Positions 24,446 through 37,727 are shown, numbered from the whole stretch's first letter. The stretch is 63,674 nt of DNA, filler included, from Octopus bimaculoides (GCF_001194135.2; 6 parts of 6 records of this genome joined end to end with filler, not necessarily neighbours in it); one strand, 5' to 3'. Program-made: numbers and translations. The notes: a model not told the origin generated them from the sequence alone.

Positions 24446-24755
24446 TCATAGGATTTTTGAGCGAGATCGTTGCCAGTGCCCCTGGACTGGCTCTTGTGTG
24501 GGTGGCACATAAAATACACCATTTTGAGCATGGCCGTTGCCAGTACCGCCTGACTGGCCTTCATGCGGGTGACACGTAAAAGCACCCACTACACTCTCGG
24601 AGTAGTTGGTGTTAGGAAGGGCATCCAGCTGTAGAAACTCTGCCAAATCAGATTGGAGCCTGGTGTTGCCATCCGGTTTCACCAGTCCTCAGTCAACTCA
24701 TCCAACCCATGCTAGCATGGAAAGCAGACGTTAAACGATGATGATGATGATGATG
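24446..24755 (+). mobile_element. RTE-tail-type repeat family C with (GAT)n tail; copies at ~10188-10467(-), 19275-19560, 34678-34971(-), 35575-35765, 41426-41720, 62085-62260, 63435-63674
   Basis: Near-identical gtgacacgtaaaagcacccactacactc..ggaagggcatccagctgtagaaactctgccaaatcag..catgctagcatggaaagcggacgttaaacgatgatg. Source of the recurring AEFLQLDALPNANHSESVVGAF pseudo-ORFs. Confidence 0.9.
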
Positions 24756-25356
24756 AAAACCCACTCACAAGGCTTTGGTCAGCCTAGGGCTATGGTAGAG
24801 ATGGCATGTAGTGAAACCGAACCTAGAACCATGTGGTTGGGAAGCAAACTTCTTAGCTACACAGCTATGTATGCACCAATTTACTTATTAATATTATTAT
24901 TATTACAATACAGGGAAGGTAGTGAGCTGGCAAAATGCTTAGCGGTATTTCATTCCTTGCTACATTCTGAGTTCAAATTCCACCAAGGTCGACTTTGCCT
25001 TTCATCCTTTTGGGATCGATAAACTTCAGTACTAGTGAAACACTGGAGTCAATGTAATCAACTAGCCCCCTCCCTCAAAATTTCAGGCCTTGTGTCTATA
25101 GTAGAAAGGATTATTATAAAAAGAGGGCTGGCAAAATTGTTAGCATGCTGAGCTTAAAATGCTTATTGGCATTTCGTCTGTCTGTATGTTCTGAGTTCAA
25201 ATTCTGCTGAGGTCAACTTAACCTTTTATCCTTTAGGGGTCAATAAAATAAGTAGCAATTGAGTACTGGGCTTCATGTAATCAACTTACCCCCTACTCCA
25301 AGGTTTCAGCCTTTGTACCTATAGTAGAAAGGATTATTATTATTATTATTATTATC

Positions 25357-25918
25357 ATTGAGTGAGAGAGCAGTGCATGCCATCAAAGTGACACTGGGGT
25401 AAAATATACGAAGCCCAATATACCCATCATGACTACTCGTCTGATAAGGGTACACCAGGCACATGCATCACAACCATATGTGCGCGACATGGTGGTCTCA
25501 TAGCAAGATAAACAGTGCATGACCTCACAGGTGGGGCTGTTAGAATTTTCTTCAGGTCGAGTAGCCCATCTCACTCAAAAGGTCCCTGAATAAGGTCTGT
25601 TTAAGGACGTTGAGCAAAACACCCATGTTTCCAAAGGTGAATTATTTAAACCCCAAAGAATTCCTCTCAACACGGGGCTATGATGCTCCCCCACTACTTC
25701 TGCTCGTGATCAGAGATGCACATATCGTCAGCCACCAAGGGACATGCTCAACTGGTTAAGGTCAAACAACTGACAAGCAAATCTGTGGTATTGAGCAGAA
25801 TATTTGCTGTAGCCCATCGTTTATACCAAAACAAAACAATGTACATGATAACACTTCCAATCAATTATGATCAGAAGCCATGAGAGCCACTGCCTGGTAC
25901 TGCATCCAGGCGTTTATG

Positions 25919-25920
<2 letters not shown>
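25357..25920 (-). mobile_element. ~560-bp interspersed repeat inserted into the (ATT)n tail of a SINE; fragments at ~33350-33440 and 33700-33790
   Basis: (att)n on both sides; cagccac(c/t)aagggacatgctcaa and ctgacaag..aatctgtggtattgagcagaatatt recur at 33.4 and 33.7 kb. Confidence 0.7.
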
Positions 25921-25954
<34 letters not shown>

Positions 25955-27158
25955 AGGCAGGAAGCTGGCAGAATTGTTAGCATGAGGGCAAAATGCTGAG
26001 TGGCATTTCATTCGTCTTTATGATCTGAAGACAAATTCCACCAATATCGAATTTGCTTTCCATTCTTTTGGGGGTCAATGAATTAAGTACCAGTACTGGG
26101 AATAATGCAATTGGTTATCTCCCTCCCCAAAATTTCAAGCCTTGTGCCTGTAGTACAAAGAATTGTAATTACATTCTTTATCTGCCTGTTATCGATAATA
26201 TTAATACGCCAATTTGTTTTTGTACAGACCGGACATGTGTGTCATGCTTAAGAGACAGAAATTGTTGAAAGAAATTTTGTTGCTTAAATAAAATTTTTTA
26301 ACTAGATCTCTTGTTATTTCTGGAAGAGATTTGAAACCACCACCTATGTGTAGTATCACTATTTCTCAACGTCCATACCTACTGGGCCACTGAAGCAGCA
26401 ACGATCTTAATGAGAAAATTAAGATACTTAAATTTGATGCATGTGTCTAGCAAGGGAGAGAGGAAGTGAGAAAAAATGAGAGAGAGAGAGATGACGGCAT
26501 GAAACTGGCCCATTTGGAGTGACCGATAGGTATTTGAATTCCTTTCTACACTTGAACTGAAATTGATCCCTAGCTATTAAAGGCTCATCCACACACACAC
26601 ACACACACGCACACAGGCATACACACATTTGATTTAGGTCTTCTATCTATTTGAATTTAGCCATACACCAGATAACATGCTAAGTCTTTGACCTTGGCAG
26701 AATTTGAACTCAGAATATAAAACAGACGAAATACTGCTAAGCATTTCGCCCAGCATGCTAACAATTCTGCCAACTGGCCGCCTTTAACTGTCACGATATA
26801 GAAACATTTCTCATGGCTCCAGCACACAATTTACCGATGCTTACACTTGTTATGTTTTCCGTGAATTCATCACATGTACAGCTAAATATAATAATCAAAT
26901 GGTTAACATCATTATCATTTCCTGCTTTCAACTGCCAAAGAAAGAACTGTCCTTGTCACTGGCCAGTTGACACTGATGATATTTTTGCACAAACACACAA
27001 TTCTTTTCCATAAATAGTAGCATGTAAATATTTGGGTAGCAGAAGACAAAGGCTTCTGATGGAACTCGAACCCACATCGCCTGAAGACATGACAGGCATT
27101 CCAGAGAAGAATTATTCCACATTCTCTCGAAAGCTTATAAATTCTTATGACATCACTA

Positions 27159-27189
<31 letters not shown>

Positions 27190-27345
27190 GCTAACCACTA
27201 CACACATTTCTTTTCTCTCCTTGTTTCTTTCTGGAAGAGCATAGGCTCGAAACGTTAAAGACTTTTTCAATTCCCAAGCGTTATACTAATACATCTGTTT
27301 GTTTCTAACACCACCTGTCTTCGTCTTTTGTCTTTTTGTGAATTC
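27190..27345 (+). repeat. Short repeat between TA microsatellites carrying a minimal hammerhead-like motif (Penelope-like terminal repeat candidate)
   Basis: tcttt-ctggaa-gagc(atag)gctc-gaaa-cgtt-aaaga at 27226-27261. Confidence 0.55.
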
Positions 27346-27374
27346 TCTCTCTCTTTCTCTCTTTCTCTCTCTCG

Positions 27375-27449
<75 letters not shown>

Positions 27450-28120
27450 TAAACACACATATACGAAAAATAAAACCATCTCTAGAATAATAAATAGTAT
27501 TAACTACATATACTTAATGTATATGTTTCGTACATAACTTATATATGACAGGATTCTCTCAGTTTCTTTCTACTAAATCAATTCACAAAGCTTTGGTCAG
27601 CCCAATGCTATAGTAGAAGTGACTTGCCTAAAGTGCCATACAGTGGGACTGATCCTAGAACCATGTGGTTGGGAAGCAAGCTTCTTACCTACACAGCCAC
27701 ACCTATGGCTAAGTTTCTTAATCCAAAAACACTATTGGTACTATAACACTGACAATAATTGATTAGTCTTTTATACAATTGTGGGGGTTTTTTTTTATGT
27801 TGTTGTTCTTTTGTGAATACCATGGTTACAAAGAGTCACTCATACGAATACACACACACACTCATGCATATATTCATAGGTAAATATGCACTCATAGCTA
27901 CTAATGCAGTGCACTCTCTCTCTCTCTCTCTCTGTCTCACAGACATACATATATATATATGCGTGTGTGTATGTGTGTATACATTATGCACACTGCCTCG
28001 CTCACAAATATATACAATAATAATGGTTTCAAATATTGGCACAAGCACAGCCATTTTGGTTGAAAGGACTGAGTTGATTACATCAACCCCAGTGTTCAAC
28101 TGGTACTTATTTTATAGACC

Positions 28121-28220
28121 NNNNNNNNNNNNNNNNNNNNNNNNNNNNNNNNNNNNNNNNNNNNTTAATTAATTAANNNNNNNNNNNNNNNNNNNNNNNN
28201 NNNNNNNNNNNNNNNNNNNN
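28121..28220. other. Artificial contig-join linker N44-TTAATTAATTAA-N44
   Basis: Exactly 100 bp; the 12-mer puts stops in all six frames; repeated identically five times in the window. Confidence 0.97.
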
Positions 28221-28435
28221 TATATATATATATATATCAATATCAAGCGGTCAATTGGTAGGGTGTGAGATTATTATTATTGCTTCGCAGTCAACAACGC
28301 TCCGAGATCAAATCCTGCAAAGGTCGATAAAGTATCAGTCCTGTACAATGGTCGATTCTTCTCTTGGGAAAACCAAGACACATTATTTCACGACGGTGGC
28401 GTTATGAGCCCCATAAAGGAGTTTAGAGTCCCGCA

Positions 28436-28468
<33 letters not shown>

Positions 28469-30162
28469 GTCTTATCTATCTGTCTTATCTATCTTATCTA
28501 TCTATCCATGGGTGTATGTATGTAAGATTAATTTCTGTAATTTAGTAAAAAAAATTATGGCTGTAAAGTCAAGTCCACGACTGGACTTCCATTTGCTGTT
28601 TTAACCACTTAGAAAGGCATGAATGTCGCACATACTTTCTCAACTCTTCAAAATCTGAACTCCTGTGATCTAAGAAATCTATATTACTTGTATTGATTGC
28701 CATGGTGTGGCAGTAAATTCTCACTGAACCAATTCTAACATTATTTCGATTTTTTTTAGATCTCTTTCATGACATCGTTATCGTCTGCCTTCTTCCCCCC
28801 TCCTCTGATAGAACATCTGTCGTTTATGTAATTTTTTGAAATTATGGCAAGTTTGCTCTAATACACGCATAAAATAGACGGTTATTTTATTTTATTTTTA
28901 TTTCATTTGATTAAAAAGCAATTGAATTGGAATAAATATTCGAGGCATAAACAAAATCTGTTTCAAATGTTTGTTTAAAATACATTTTTTAAAAATAGAA
29001 TTCTGTTCGTTTGACGAAAACTTGTGTCGCCTGCTTGTCTTCTTAATGTCTTCCAATCTTTAATGAACACCAAATGTCTTCCAAATGTCACACTGCACGT
29101 TTTGTTATTCTGAATGAATGGTGAGCGTAAATAGACTAAGGATAAAGTTTCGGACGAGTTATGTCAACTACTTGCCAGGATAATTATTAGTAATTCTCGA
29201 AACAAGCTATTTAACGTTGGTGACATTATCATGGTATGTTTTGGTTGAAACCAACCGCAAATAGTTATTTAATTAATTTGAGCGGAATTCTTTCAAGAAA
29301 TAAATATCTGAAAGTTTTTTTCTGCCAACTTGCATAAACACTTCCATCGATTGTACTTCTATTTTATTTAAATCACCTCTTCATTTTTATCTGTACATAC
29401 GTTATTAGAAGGCTTCTACGTAGCCGCACGACATGCTAGAAATAGCAGACAAATCGCTTTTACAATGGACATTACATACCTTCTTAAACGAGGAAATGAG
29501 ACATTTTAATAATGTCCTACATACCACGAAAACGAAGGGATATTTACGCTGAAATGCTTTCGATCACAAAATCTACTCAGTCACGGTTGACCTGGGTGCT
29601 AAACGTCATCTAATCGTTGTGATGTCATGTATATATATATGTATTTATAAGCAGACATGCTGGTCTATGGAGAATAACTACACATTCACAAAACTTCTAC
29701 TCTAAAACTCCTGTCAGTGTAAATATAGTCACGTGTTTTTATTTTCTATTTGAACTTAAAATAATAATAATAATAATAAAGAAAAGAAAAAGAAAAGCCT
29801 AGTGTTTTCATATATATATTCATTTCATGCTAAAATTGGAAATGTACACCCACAGACTTACACTTGTATGCATGTATGTATGTATGTGTGTGTGTGTGTA
29901 TTAAATCAAACTGGAAGATAAAATAATCAACACTTGTTTACACAGTCCAACTTTTATATGTATTTCAAGGTTAAGCTTTCAATCTGAGCTCATGTGCTGT
30001 CTTATTTCGTATCATAATCAGCATTTGCATGTGGCTGACATGTACATGTAATATGTACCAATACATTATACACACACAGATACATACATACACACACAAA
30101 TACCTTTGCATACATACACACACAGATGCATACATAAACATACATATAGACACAAATACATA

Positions 30163-30196
<34 letters not shown>

Positions 30197-30365
30197 CATC
30201 AGTGGATCATATATCCGAAAAAAAAGCACAGACGCATATACATGCATACACACATAGACACTGATAGATACATACATACACTTACATACACATTGACGCG
30301 CGTATATATATAGACACACAAATACATTCGTATGCAATGACACACAGATACATACACACATATAC

Positions 30366-30407
<42 letters not shown>

Positions 30408-31026
30408 CAATATATGCGCGGAACTTCGATTTGAACATGAAAGCTTTGTCCGGGTTTGTTATTTTTGTCTCTCTCTTCCTTTCATAATATTTGTTACTAA
30501 TTCCAATTAAAAGTAGAAAATTAAATTTCTCCTACGTCCTTTTTGTATTTGATGTTCTAAGTTAATTAACCATCTACTGCTATTAAAAACAATTTGACAT
30601 TTTGTTGATCATAAACACGTAATTTTATGTTATAATCTTTTAAGTACACAAGGCCTTATCTTAAAAAAACACTCCACCCCCCAGTATTTCTAAATAAGAA
30701 AATGTACCTTGATTTTATTTATTTATTTTAGAGTGTCACATTTCATATATCCTTTTCCCATGTAATTAGTGACACTCATTAATTCCTCACCAAATGAATC
30801 TGATAAAAAGTTTGATGGTTTGCTTAGATGTATGCCTAAAGCTATTAAAGATAAGCACAAAGCCAATTTTAGCTAAGGAATAGGTACAAATGTTTTGAGT
30901 TGACCCTAATATATCACTGGTACTTGTATCGATGCTGGATTTAATGAAAGACGGAAATTTACTTCTGCGAGTTTGAATTTAGAGCCAGGAAGTGGTGAAC
31001 GTACCTACGCAGTTGTTAAGATTCTA

Positions 31027-31312
31027 AAGGGGTTTTCAAACTTTTTGACTTGCGGACCCCTTTATATTTCAGACTTTACCCTTATAAACGCTTATGAAAT
31101 TTATACATAAATATTTGCATAAAATAACATATATTTTTACATTTATTTATTTAACAGTATTTAACAAATAGGTTTATTGTCAATTAAAAGATTTCGATTA
31201 AAAAACATATATAAAATCAAATTGCCCATAAAAAGTATTTGCTGTCCATGGACCCCCTGTCTTGTCCTTGCGGACCCCCTGTGGTCCGCGGACCACAGTT
31301 TGAAAAACCCTG
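31027..31312. mobile_element. hAT-type MITE
   Basis: Termini aaggggttttcaaac / gtttgaaaaaccctg, subterminal gcggacccc repeats, AT-rich core; no clean TSD. Confidence 0.75.
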
Positions 31313-31581
31313 GTTTAGAAGTAACGAAGTAGTCTTGAGATTATTGACAGAAACGAAAGACAAGTGATTTTCATTCGTCAGTAAGCACGACTTTTATACT
31401 TTTTGTGATATATCGATTCATTAGTTTTGTATTTACCAGTATCGATATAAACTAATCAAGCCTATTTACTCATCCATCGGTGCTTTTCTGCTTGTGTCTA
31501 AACTCGTCTCACCTGTAGGAAGTTTCTTTCATTTTTTGCAAGGTGAGATAAATAAATAAATACCAGTCAAGTACTTAGGTC

Positions 31582-32060
31582 GGATCTTTTTTAAAACGGG
31601 GGCCACATTTTTCATTAACGAAACACTTTGAAACTTGGAACACTGGTAGAATGTGTCATATAAAACATCTTTTTCTCTTAGTCTTCTTAAAAAAAAAAGA
31701 AATCCATAAATTATTCCATGTTAAAGTTGTCGTATTTCTGTAATTTCAACCAATCACTGACGTCCATTCAGCCGATATACATTAAGTGCCGACTACATAA
31801 ACAAACGATTCTGAAACAATTAACCCTAACCCTAACCCTAACTCTAACCCTAACCCNNNNNNNNNNAGCTTAATGAGCAAAAAGGAGTAAAGGTAAACAA
31901 TTGAATACAATTTTTTACATGAAATAAATTCGAACACAAAAATATTCTTCTGTTCTATAACACAAAATAGATAAGTATACGAAGTTTGAAAGTCTTTCGG
32001 TACCAAAAACACTACGTAAAACATTAATGAAAAATGTGGCCCCCGTTTTAAAAAAGATCC
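31582..32060. mobile_element. Non-autonomous TIR element with perfect 37-bp TIRs, 8(-9)-bp TSD and internal (TAACCC)n
   Basis: TIR ggatcttttttaaaacgggggccacatttttcattaa at both ends; cttaggtc duplicated at 31574-31581 and 32061-32068; six taaccc-type units at 31821-31856, then a 10-N gap. Confidence 0.93.
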
Positions 32061-32476
32061 CTTAGGTCGGTGTAATCGACTACAGTTGCTGGCCTTGTGC
32101 CAAAATTTGAAACAATTTTATCTTCTACTTGTTTCAGTCATTAGACTGCGGCCATGCTGGGGCACCGCCTTGAAGAACTTTTAATTGAATGAATCAACTT
32201 CATTACTTTCTTTTTGGTAAGCCTGGTACATATTCCATCAGTCTCTTTTTACTGAACCGCCAAGTTACGGGCACGTGAACACACCAATACCGGTTGTCAA
32301 GCGTTGGTAGAGAACAAACACATATATATGTACATTTAGAGAAAGTTAATTATATGGCCGGTCATAAGGCCATAATGGCTACAAAACCATCGGTGACTAT
32401 GACCACCCATATAATTAACTTCCTATAAATACATTATTGCTCTAACGTCTAGTGTATTTCTTTTTCGTAACGATCC

Positions 32477-32515
<39 letters not shown>

Positions 32516-32583
32516 NNNNNNNNNNCTTCCTATAAATACATTATTGCTCTAACGTCTAGTGTATTTCTTTTTCGTAACGATCC

Positions 32584-32618
<35 letters not shown>

Positions 32619-34389
32619 CAAACATACATACATACATATACACGACAGGCTTCTTTCAGTTTCCGTCTACCAAATACACCTACAAGGCTTTGGTCGGCCC
32701 AAGGATTTAGTAAAAGACATTCGGCCAAGGTGCCACGCAGTGCGACTGAACCTGGAACCATGTGGTTGAGACGCAAGCTTGTTACCCCACAGCCACACTT
32801 ATGCCTATCATTGATAAATATTAATTTATCATAATTTATCTTAAATTGTGGAATTAACAATTTCATTTTGATATTTTGTTCCAGGAGTCAGCCACTCTGT
32901 GAAAAGAAATACTTTCTGGTATTTTTAAAGATTGCTTTATTTCCTCTTAATCTGTCTATTTCATTTCATTCCCCCTTTCCCACAAACAATTAGAAGCTGA
33001 TTTCCCATTTGTAATATTATGTATTTCTATTAAGTTGCCTTCTTTCTTCTGATGTCAAACTAAGTCTTTATCATTTTTTGTTTTTGAACTAATTTACATC
33101 CTCTTCTCGAAAGTTTTCTTAAAACACTCATATTTTCCTTAAAAGCAGCTACCATTTTTCAGCAGCATATTCCATTATGTAGTCTCACATAACTTTTGTA
33201 TACTATCAAGAATAATTTCCAATACATAACACTGGGTAACATGAATTTTGTCCTTGGTTAGCAACTGTTATTTCCTATTTGCTTAGCCCTAGAAAGTATG
33301 AAAAATGGTGAATATTTCCTTCAAACTTTGCTTTTGTTACACTTATACCCCAAAGAATCCCTTTCAACATATGGCTATAATGCTTCCCCACCACTCCTGC
33401 TCATCATTGTCAGCCACTAAGGGACATGCTCAAGTGGTTAACCCATTACCTCCCATAATTCTATTAACTGGAATTTTTTTATGAAACTTTGATTTCTAGC
33501 ATAAAACAGCCTAAGAAACACACTGGAATGATCAAAATAACATTTTAAATAGAAATAAGCGAGATATTGGGTGAAAAATTAGCAAACCTTATTTGAATAT
33601 CAGAGAAATATACCTAGTAGATATAGCAAAAAGGTTAGATATGTGTAAATATTGACAGATTATTATGAAATTTGTAATTTTTAAGTGATCTCATATGAGA
33701 TCACTGGTAGGTAATGGGTTAAGGTCTAGTAACTGACAAGTGAATCTGTGGTATTGAGCAGAATATTGACTATAACAATATTTCTGCTTCAGCAACTCAA
33801 TGCTGAATCTGTCTGAAATGTAATGGAAAAGCAAAGTTTGAAGGGAATAGTAGTCATTTCCTTTCATATCTAGATAGAAGCAAATAAGAAATAACACTTA
33901 CTGACCAAAGACAAAGAATAAATAAAGACCTTTAATCAGTCCTAACATTTGATTAGCCCATATTGTGTTTGTAAGGTAGGGGCTAAATTTCATATCTCTT
34001 ACCATTAACCCTGGTAAATGGTTTTCATTATCCTTGTCAATAGTAGAAAATGGTTTGATTTTAACCTTTCCCTTAACCAAGTTTCTGTTGAAATAAACTG
34101 CCTTTTCTCAGTGAAGTTTGAAAGTAATGAAGAATTTAGTGAAATAGCTTTTTCATTAAGCTGATTTTTAGAACAAATTTACATGAAATTTTGATAGAAA
34201 GTTTGAATTCAGATCATTTTAAAGAAGGAATTTTGCACCATAGAACCTGTAGTGGTTTTGGGCAGGTTGCTGCCAAAAGAGTTTTTACTCTCAGATCCTT
34301 TTCTTAATAGTCATTAAATATTCATCAGACACTTTGTAGTCTGGTTCATCATCATCATCATTGTTTAACGTCCACTTTCCATGCTAGTC

Positions 34390-34670
34390 CTGCTGTCACA
34401 TACATATGGCCTTCCAGCAACACCCTTTCTAACCAGGAATTGACTGCAATTTCCAGCAGCTTCACATAACCGTCTGAATTTAGCCTAAGGCTTTGTTAAA
34501 AAATGTGGGGATGAATTTTGGCATGCAGGTGCAGTCAGAACAACTTTTGCGTTCCTTCTTGCTGGCCACAGCTTTGTAGTCTCTGTTGCAACTGTCCATG
34601 TCACATCTTGTTGCCTTTACAGTATTCACAGAGCATTGAAGAGCAGTCATGGTGTTGGTATTTTGATACC
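34390..34670 (-). mobile_element. Possible very old RTE 3' remnant
   Basis: gatgtgacatggaca resembles GCETWT with a 2-nt deletion; downstream LERVLLEG resembles the RTE xxILEG motif. Weak. Confidence 0.3.
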
Positions 34671-35784
34671 TAGCATGAATCATCATCATCATCGTTTAAC
34701 GTCCGCTTTCCATGCTAGCATGGGTTGGACGATTTGACTGAGGACTGGTAAAACCAGATGGCTAAACCAGGCTCCAATCTGATTTGGCAGAGTTTCTACA
34801 ACTGGATGCCCTTCCTAACGCCAACCACTCTGAGAGTGTAGTGGGTGCTTTTACGTGCCACCGGCATGAAGGCCAGTCAGGCGGTACTGGCAACGGCCAT
34901 GCTCAAAATGGTGTATTTTATGTGTCACCCGCACAAGAGCCAGTCCAGGGGCACTGGCAACGATCTCGCTCGTTAGATATCAATAATCAAAGGCCATTGC
35001 TGTGCATTTATCCTTGTTTTAAATTCTAATTTCCATTTTACAAACAAACTTTAGAAACGCTGAGTGTGTTGGTATTTTATAGACAAGAAAGTAAATTTCG
35101 AATGCAGTATAATTGTGAAAACGGCTGAGAAAGATTGGGCATTTACCCTTAGAAGATGGAAACAAGTTGCCAGCAGGGAACTACGGAGAATTGACCCCTG
35201 TACCCAGCATCTGAGGTTTGATTCTCTGTAGCCACCTGTTGGTAACTTTTTCCTGTCTTCTAATTTCCTTTTTTTTGTCTTTTGGCCAGTTTTTTAATCT
35301 CAATAACTTGTCTTGCAAACTTTCTGTCAGCCCTGTTATAAATTTTTGAATTGTCTGTAAATAATTTACCGATTTTGTTTTTGTATTTGGTTTGCAAGAT
35401 TCTTGATGTGAACTCCTGTGTTGAAACAAATTTTGTTGTATCTCAGGAGGATCGTTATGCCAATAATAAACACACGAACTGGTTCTATTTCACTTCTTTT
35501 ATTATTATTATTAATCAATTCGTTAACATTTACCAATTGATTATATATCCTTGGGAGATCATTTGCAAATACAAGAAATAAAACTGGCTCATGGGTGCTG
35601 GTGCCACCTAAAAGTACCTGTGTCAGTGCCATGTAAAGGCACGTGTGCTGGTGCCACATAAAAGTGCCCATGCTGGTGTTGCATAAAAGCACCTGTGCTG
35701 GTGCCATGTAAAAACCCCTAGTACACCATGCAAATTAGTTGGTGTCAGGAAGGGCATCTAGCCATAGAAACCATGCCAAAAGAG

Positions 35785-36014
35785 GCGGTGATCTGGCAGA
35801 AACGTTAGCACGCCGGGCGAAATGCCAAGTGGTATTTTGTCTGCCGCTACGTTCTGAGTTCAAATTCCGCTAAGGTCGATTTTGCCTTTCATCCTTTCGG
35901 GGTCGATAAATTAAGTACCAGTTACGCACTGGGGTCGATGTAATCGACTTAATCCCTTTGCCTGTCCTTGTTTGTCCCCTCTATGTTTAGCCCCTTGTGG
36001 GCAGTAAAGAAATA
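35785..36014 (+). mobile_element. SINE family A, full length, inserted into an RTE-tail repeat
   Basis: Perfect TSD agaaaccatgccaaaagag (35766-35784, 36015-36033). Confidence 0.93.
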
Positions 36015-36469
36015 AGAAACCATGCCAAAAGAGACAAATGGAACCCAGGCAGCCATTGAGCTGGCCAACTCCTGTCAAACCGTCCAATCAATGCCAGCAT
36101 GGAGAACAGATGTTAAAAGGTGATTGAAACTGCTCCCAGGACTGATCACTTTTCACACTGATCCACTTTGACTTGTGTCTGTTTACTAACACACACTTCT
36201 TTCTGTTGATTAAAAATGCTTCAATCCAGTTCAACACGACACTTTATATAAAAATCTTGGATGTAATACACTATCAAATGCTTTTTTAAAATCCAAGTAC
36301 ACAACATAGAAGGATTCACACCTGTCATACATATTTGCATCACCAATCAGCGTTCCAAGCAAATTCATCCAGAATGACTTTCCATGAATGAACCCATTTT
36401 AACATTTAGTTATAATTCTATTATTTATCATCGTTTAACGTCTGCCTTCCATGCTAGCTGGATAGGTAT

Positions 36470-36855
36470 GGGTGTGGCTGTGTGGTAAGAAGCTTGCTTT
36501 TCAGTCACATGGTTCCAGGTTCAGTCCCACTGCATGGCATGTTGGGCAAGTGTCTTCTACTATAGCCTCCGGCCAACCAAAGCCTGGTGAGTAAATTTGG
36601 TAGATGGAAACTGAAAGAAGCCCTTTGTGTGTGCGTGTATGTATGTATGTGTCTTTGTGTCTGTTTTTGTCCTTCCATCACCACTTGGCAACTGGTGTTA
36701 GTGTGTTTACATCCCTGTAACATAGTAGTTTAGCAAAAGAGTCCGAGATAAGTACTAGGCTTAAGAAATAAGTCCTGGGGGTGATTGATTCGACAACCCT
36801 TCAAGGTGGTGCTCTAGCATGGCCACAGTCAAATGACTGAAACAAGTAAAAGAAT
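36470..36855 (+). mobile_element. tRNA-derived SINE family B with internal (TA/CA)n and tail ...aaatgactgaaacaagtaaaaga; other copies at ~4785-5165(-), 6790-7165(-), 11690-12333(-), 20085-20490(-), 27545-27705(-), 32120-32795(-), 39375-39600(-), 40340-40555(-), 42990-43180, 43295-43531(-), 50436-50695, 57043-57229
   Basis: Head ggctgtgtggtaagaagcttgcttcccaaccacatggttccgggttcagtccc, core tggcaccttgggcaagtgtcttctactatag, central microsatellite where many N-gaps fall. Confidence 0.9.
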
Positions 36856-37432
36856 ATATATACATATACATACATAGACAGATCCCTTATCAGTCTGAAA
36901 ACTGTATTTTCTTTGATAGTTATATATTTTTTTATAATGTTCTAGTCATTAATACTGTATTCAAATTGGTCTGGTACATTCTCATTAGCTTAATGTTTTC
37001 TTGCTCGATTTAATATTAGCTTATCTTTATCATCCTCAACATAGAAAACAGAAGCAAAAATGAAAAAAAAAAAAAAAAAAGGCGGAAAGAAAAAGAATCT
37101 GTTCAATTATTGAAGGAATGTTGTCTGGAGAGTGAGATCAGTATTATTGTGAGCATCTTGTTTGAAAGGTTGAAGGTTAATTATTATCTCCAAATTCCAT
37201 GGAGATATAGCTTTTGAAAATATGAAAATATTGTTTGGCTTAAGGGCCAAAAGAGAGAGAGAGAGAGAGAGTTATAAGTGGTAAGATGATAAGCCAATGT
37301 TGTGGATGGAATTTATTAATTTCAAAGAAATTCTATTATATGATTAAATAAAAAGTGAGGAATTTTGTATTCTAAGAGCACAAGTATATTTGGAACCTTC
37401 TTCTTTGTCACTTGTTAGAAACAGCAGCCAAA

Positions 37433-37682
37433 GGCGGCGAGCTGGCAGAAACGTTAGTGCGTCGGGCAAAGTGCTTAGCGGTATTTCGCCTGCCATTACG
37501 TTCTGAGTTCGAATTCCGCCAAGGTCGACTTTGCCTTTCATCCTTTCGGGGTCGATAAATTAAGTACCAGTTATGCACTGGGGTCGATGTAATCGACTTA
37601 ATCAGTTTGTCTGTCCTTGTTTGTCCCCTCTATGTTTAGCCCCTTGTGGGCAATAAAGAAATAAAGAAATAAAAAAGAAATA
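37433..37682 (+). mobile_element. SINE family A, full length
   Basis: TSD agaaa(c/t)agcagccaaa (37417-37432, 37683-37698); (aagaaat)n tail. Confidence 0.93.
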
Positions 37683-37727
37683 AGAAATAGCAGCCAAATT
37701 TGTCTCAGATTTCATTCTATGGTTTTA

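Noticed and set aside
27050-27110. tRNA-like 3' half on the minus strand (gggttcgagttcc..cagaagcc)
   Set aside because: No matching 5' half or D-arm; a tRNA-derived fragment, not a tRNA gene.
32420-32610. Direct duplication of ~60 bp plus (TA)n across a 10-N gap
   Set aside because: Typical overlapping contig ends at a microsatellite; assembly artefact.
33998-34085. Apparent 82-nt minus-strand exon NLVKGKVKIKPFSTIDKDNENHLPGLM
   Set aside because: The acceptor and first half lie inside the ~155-bp AT-rich repeat; peptide has no plexin similarity.
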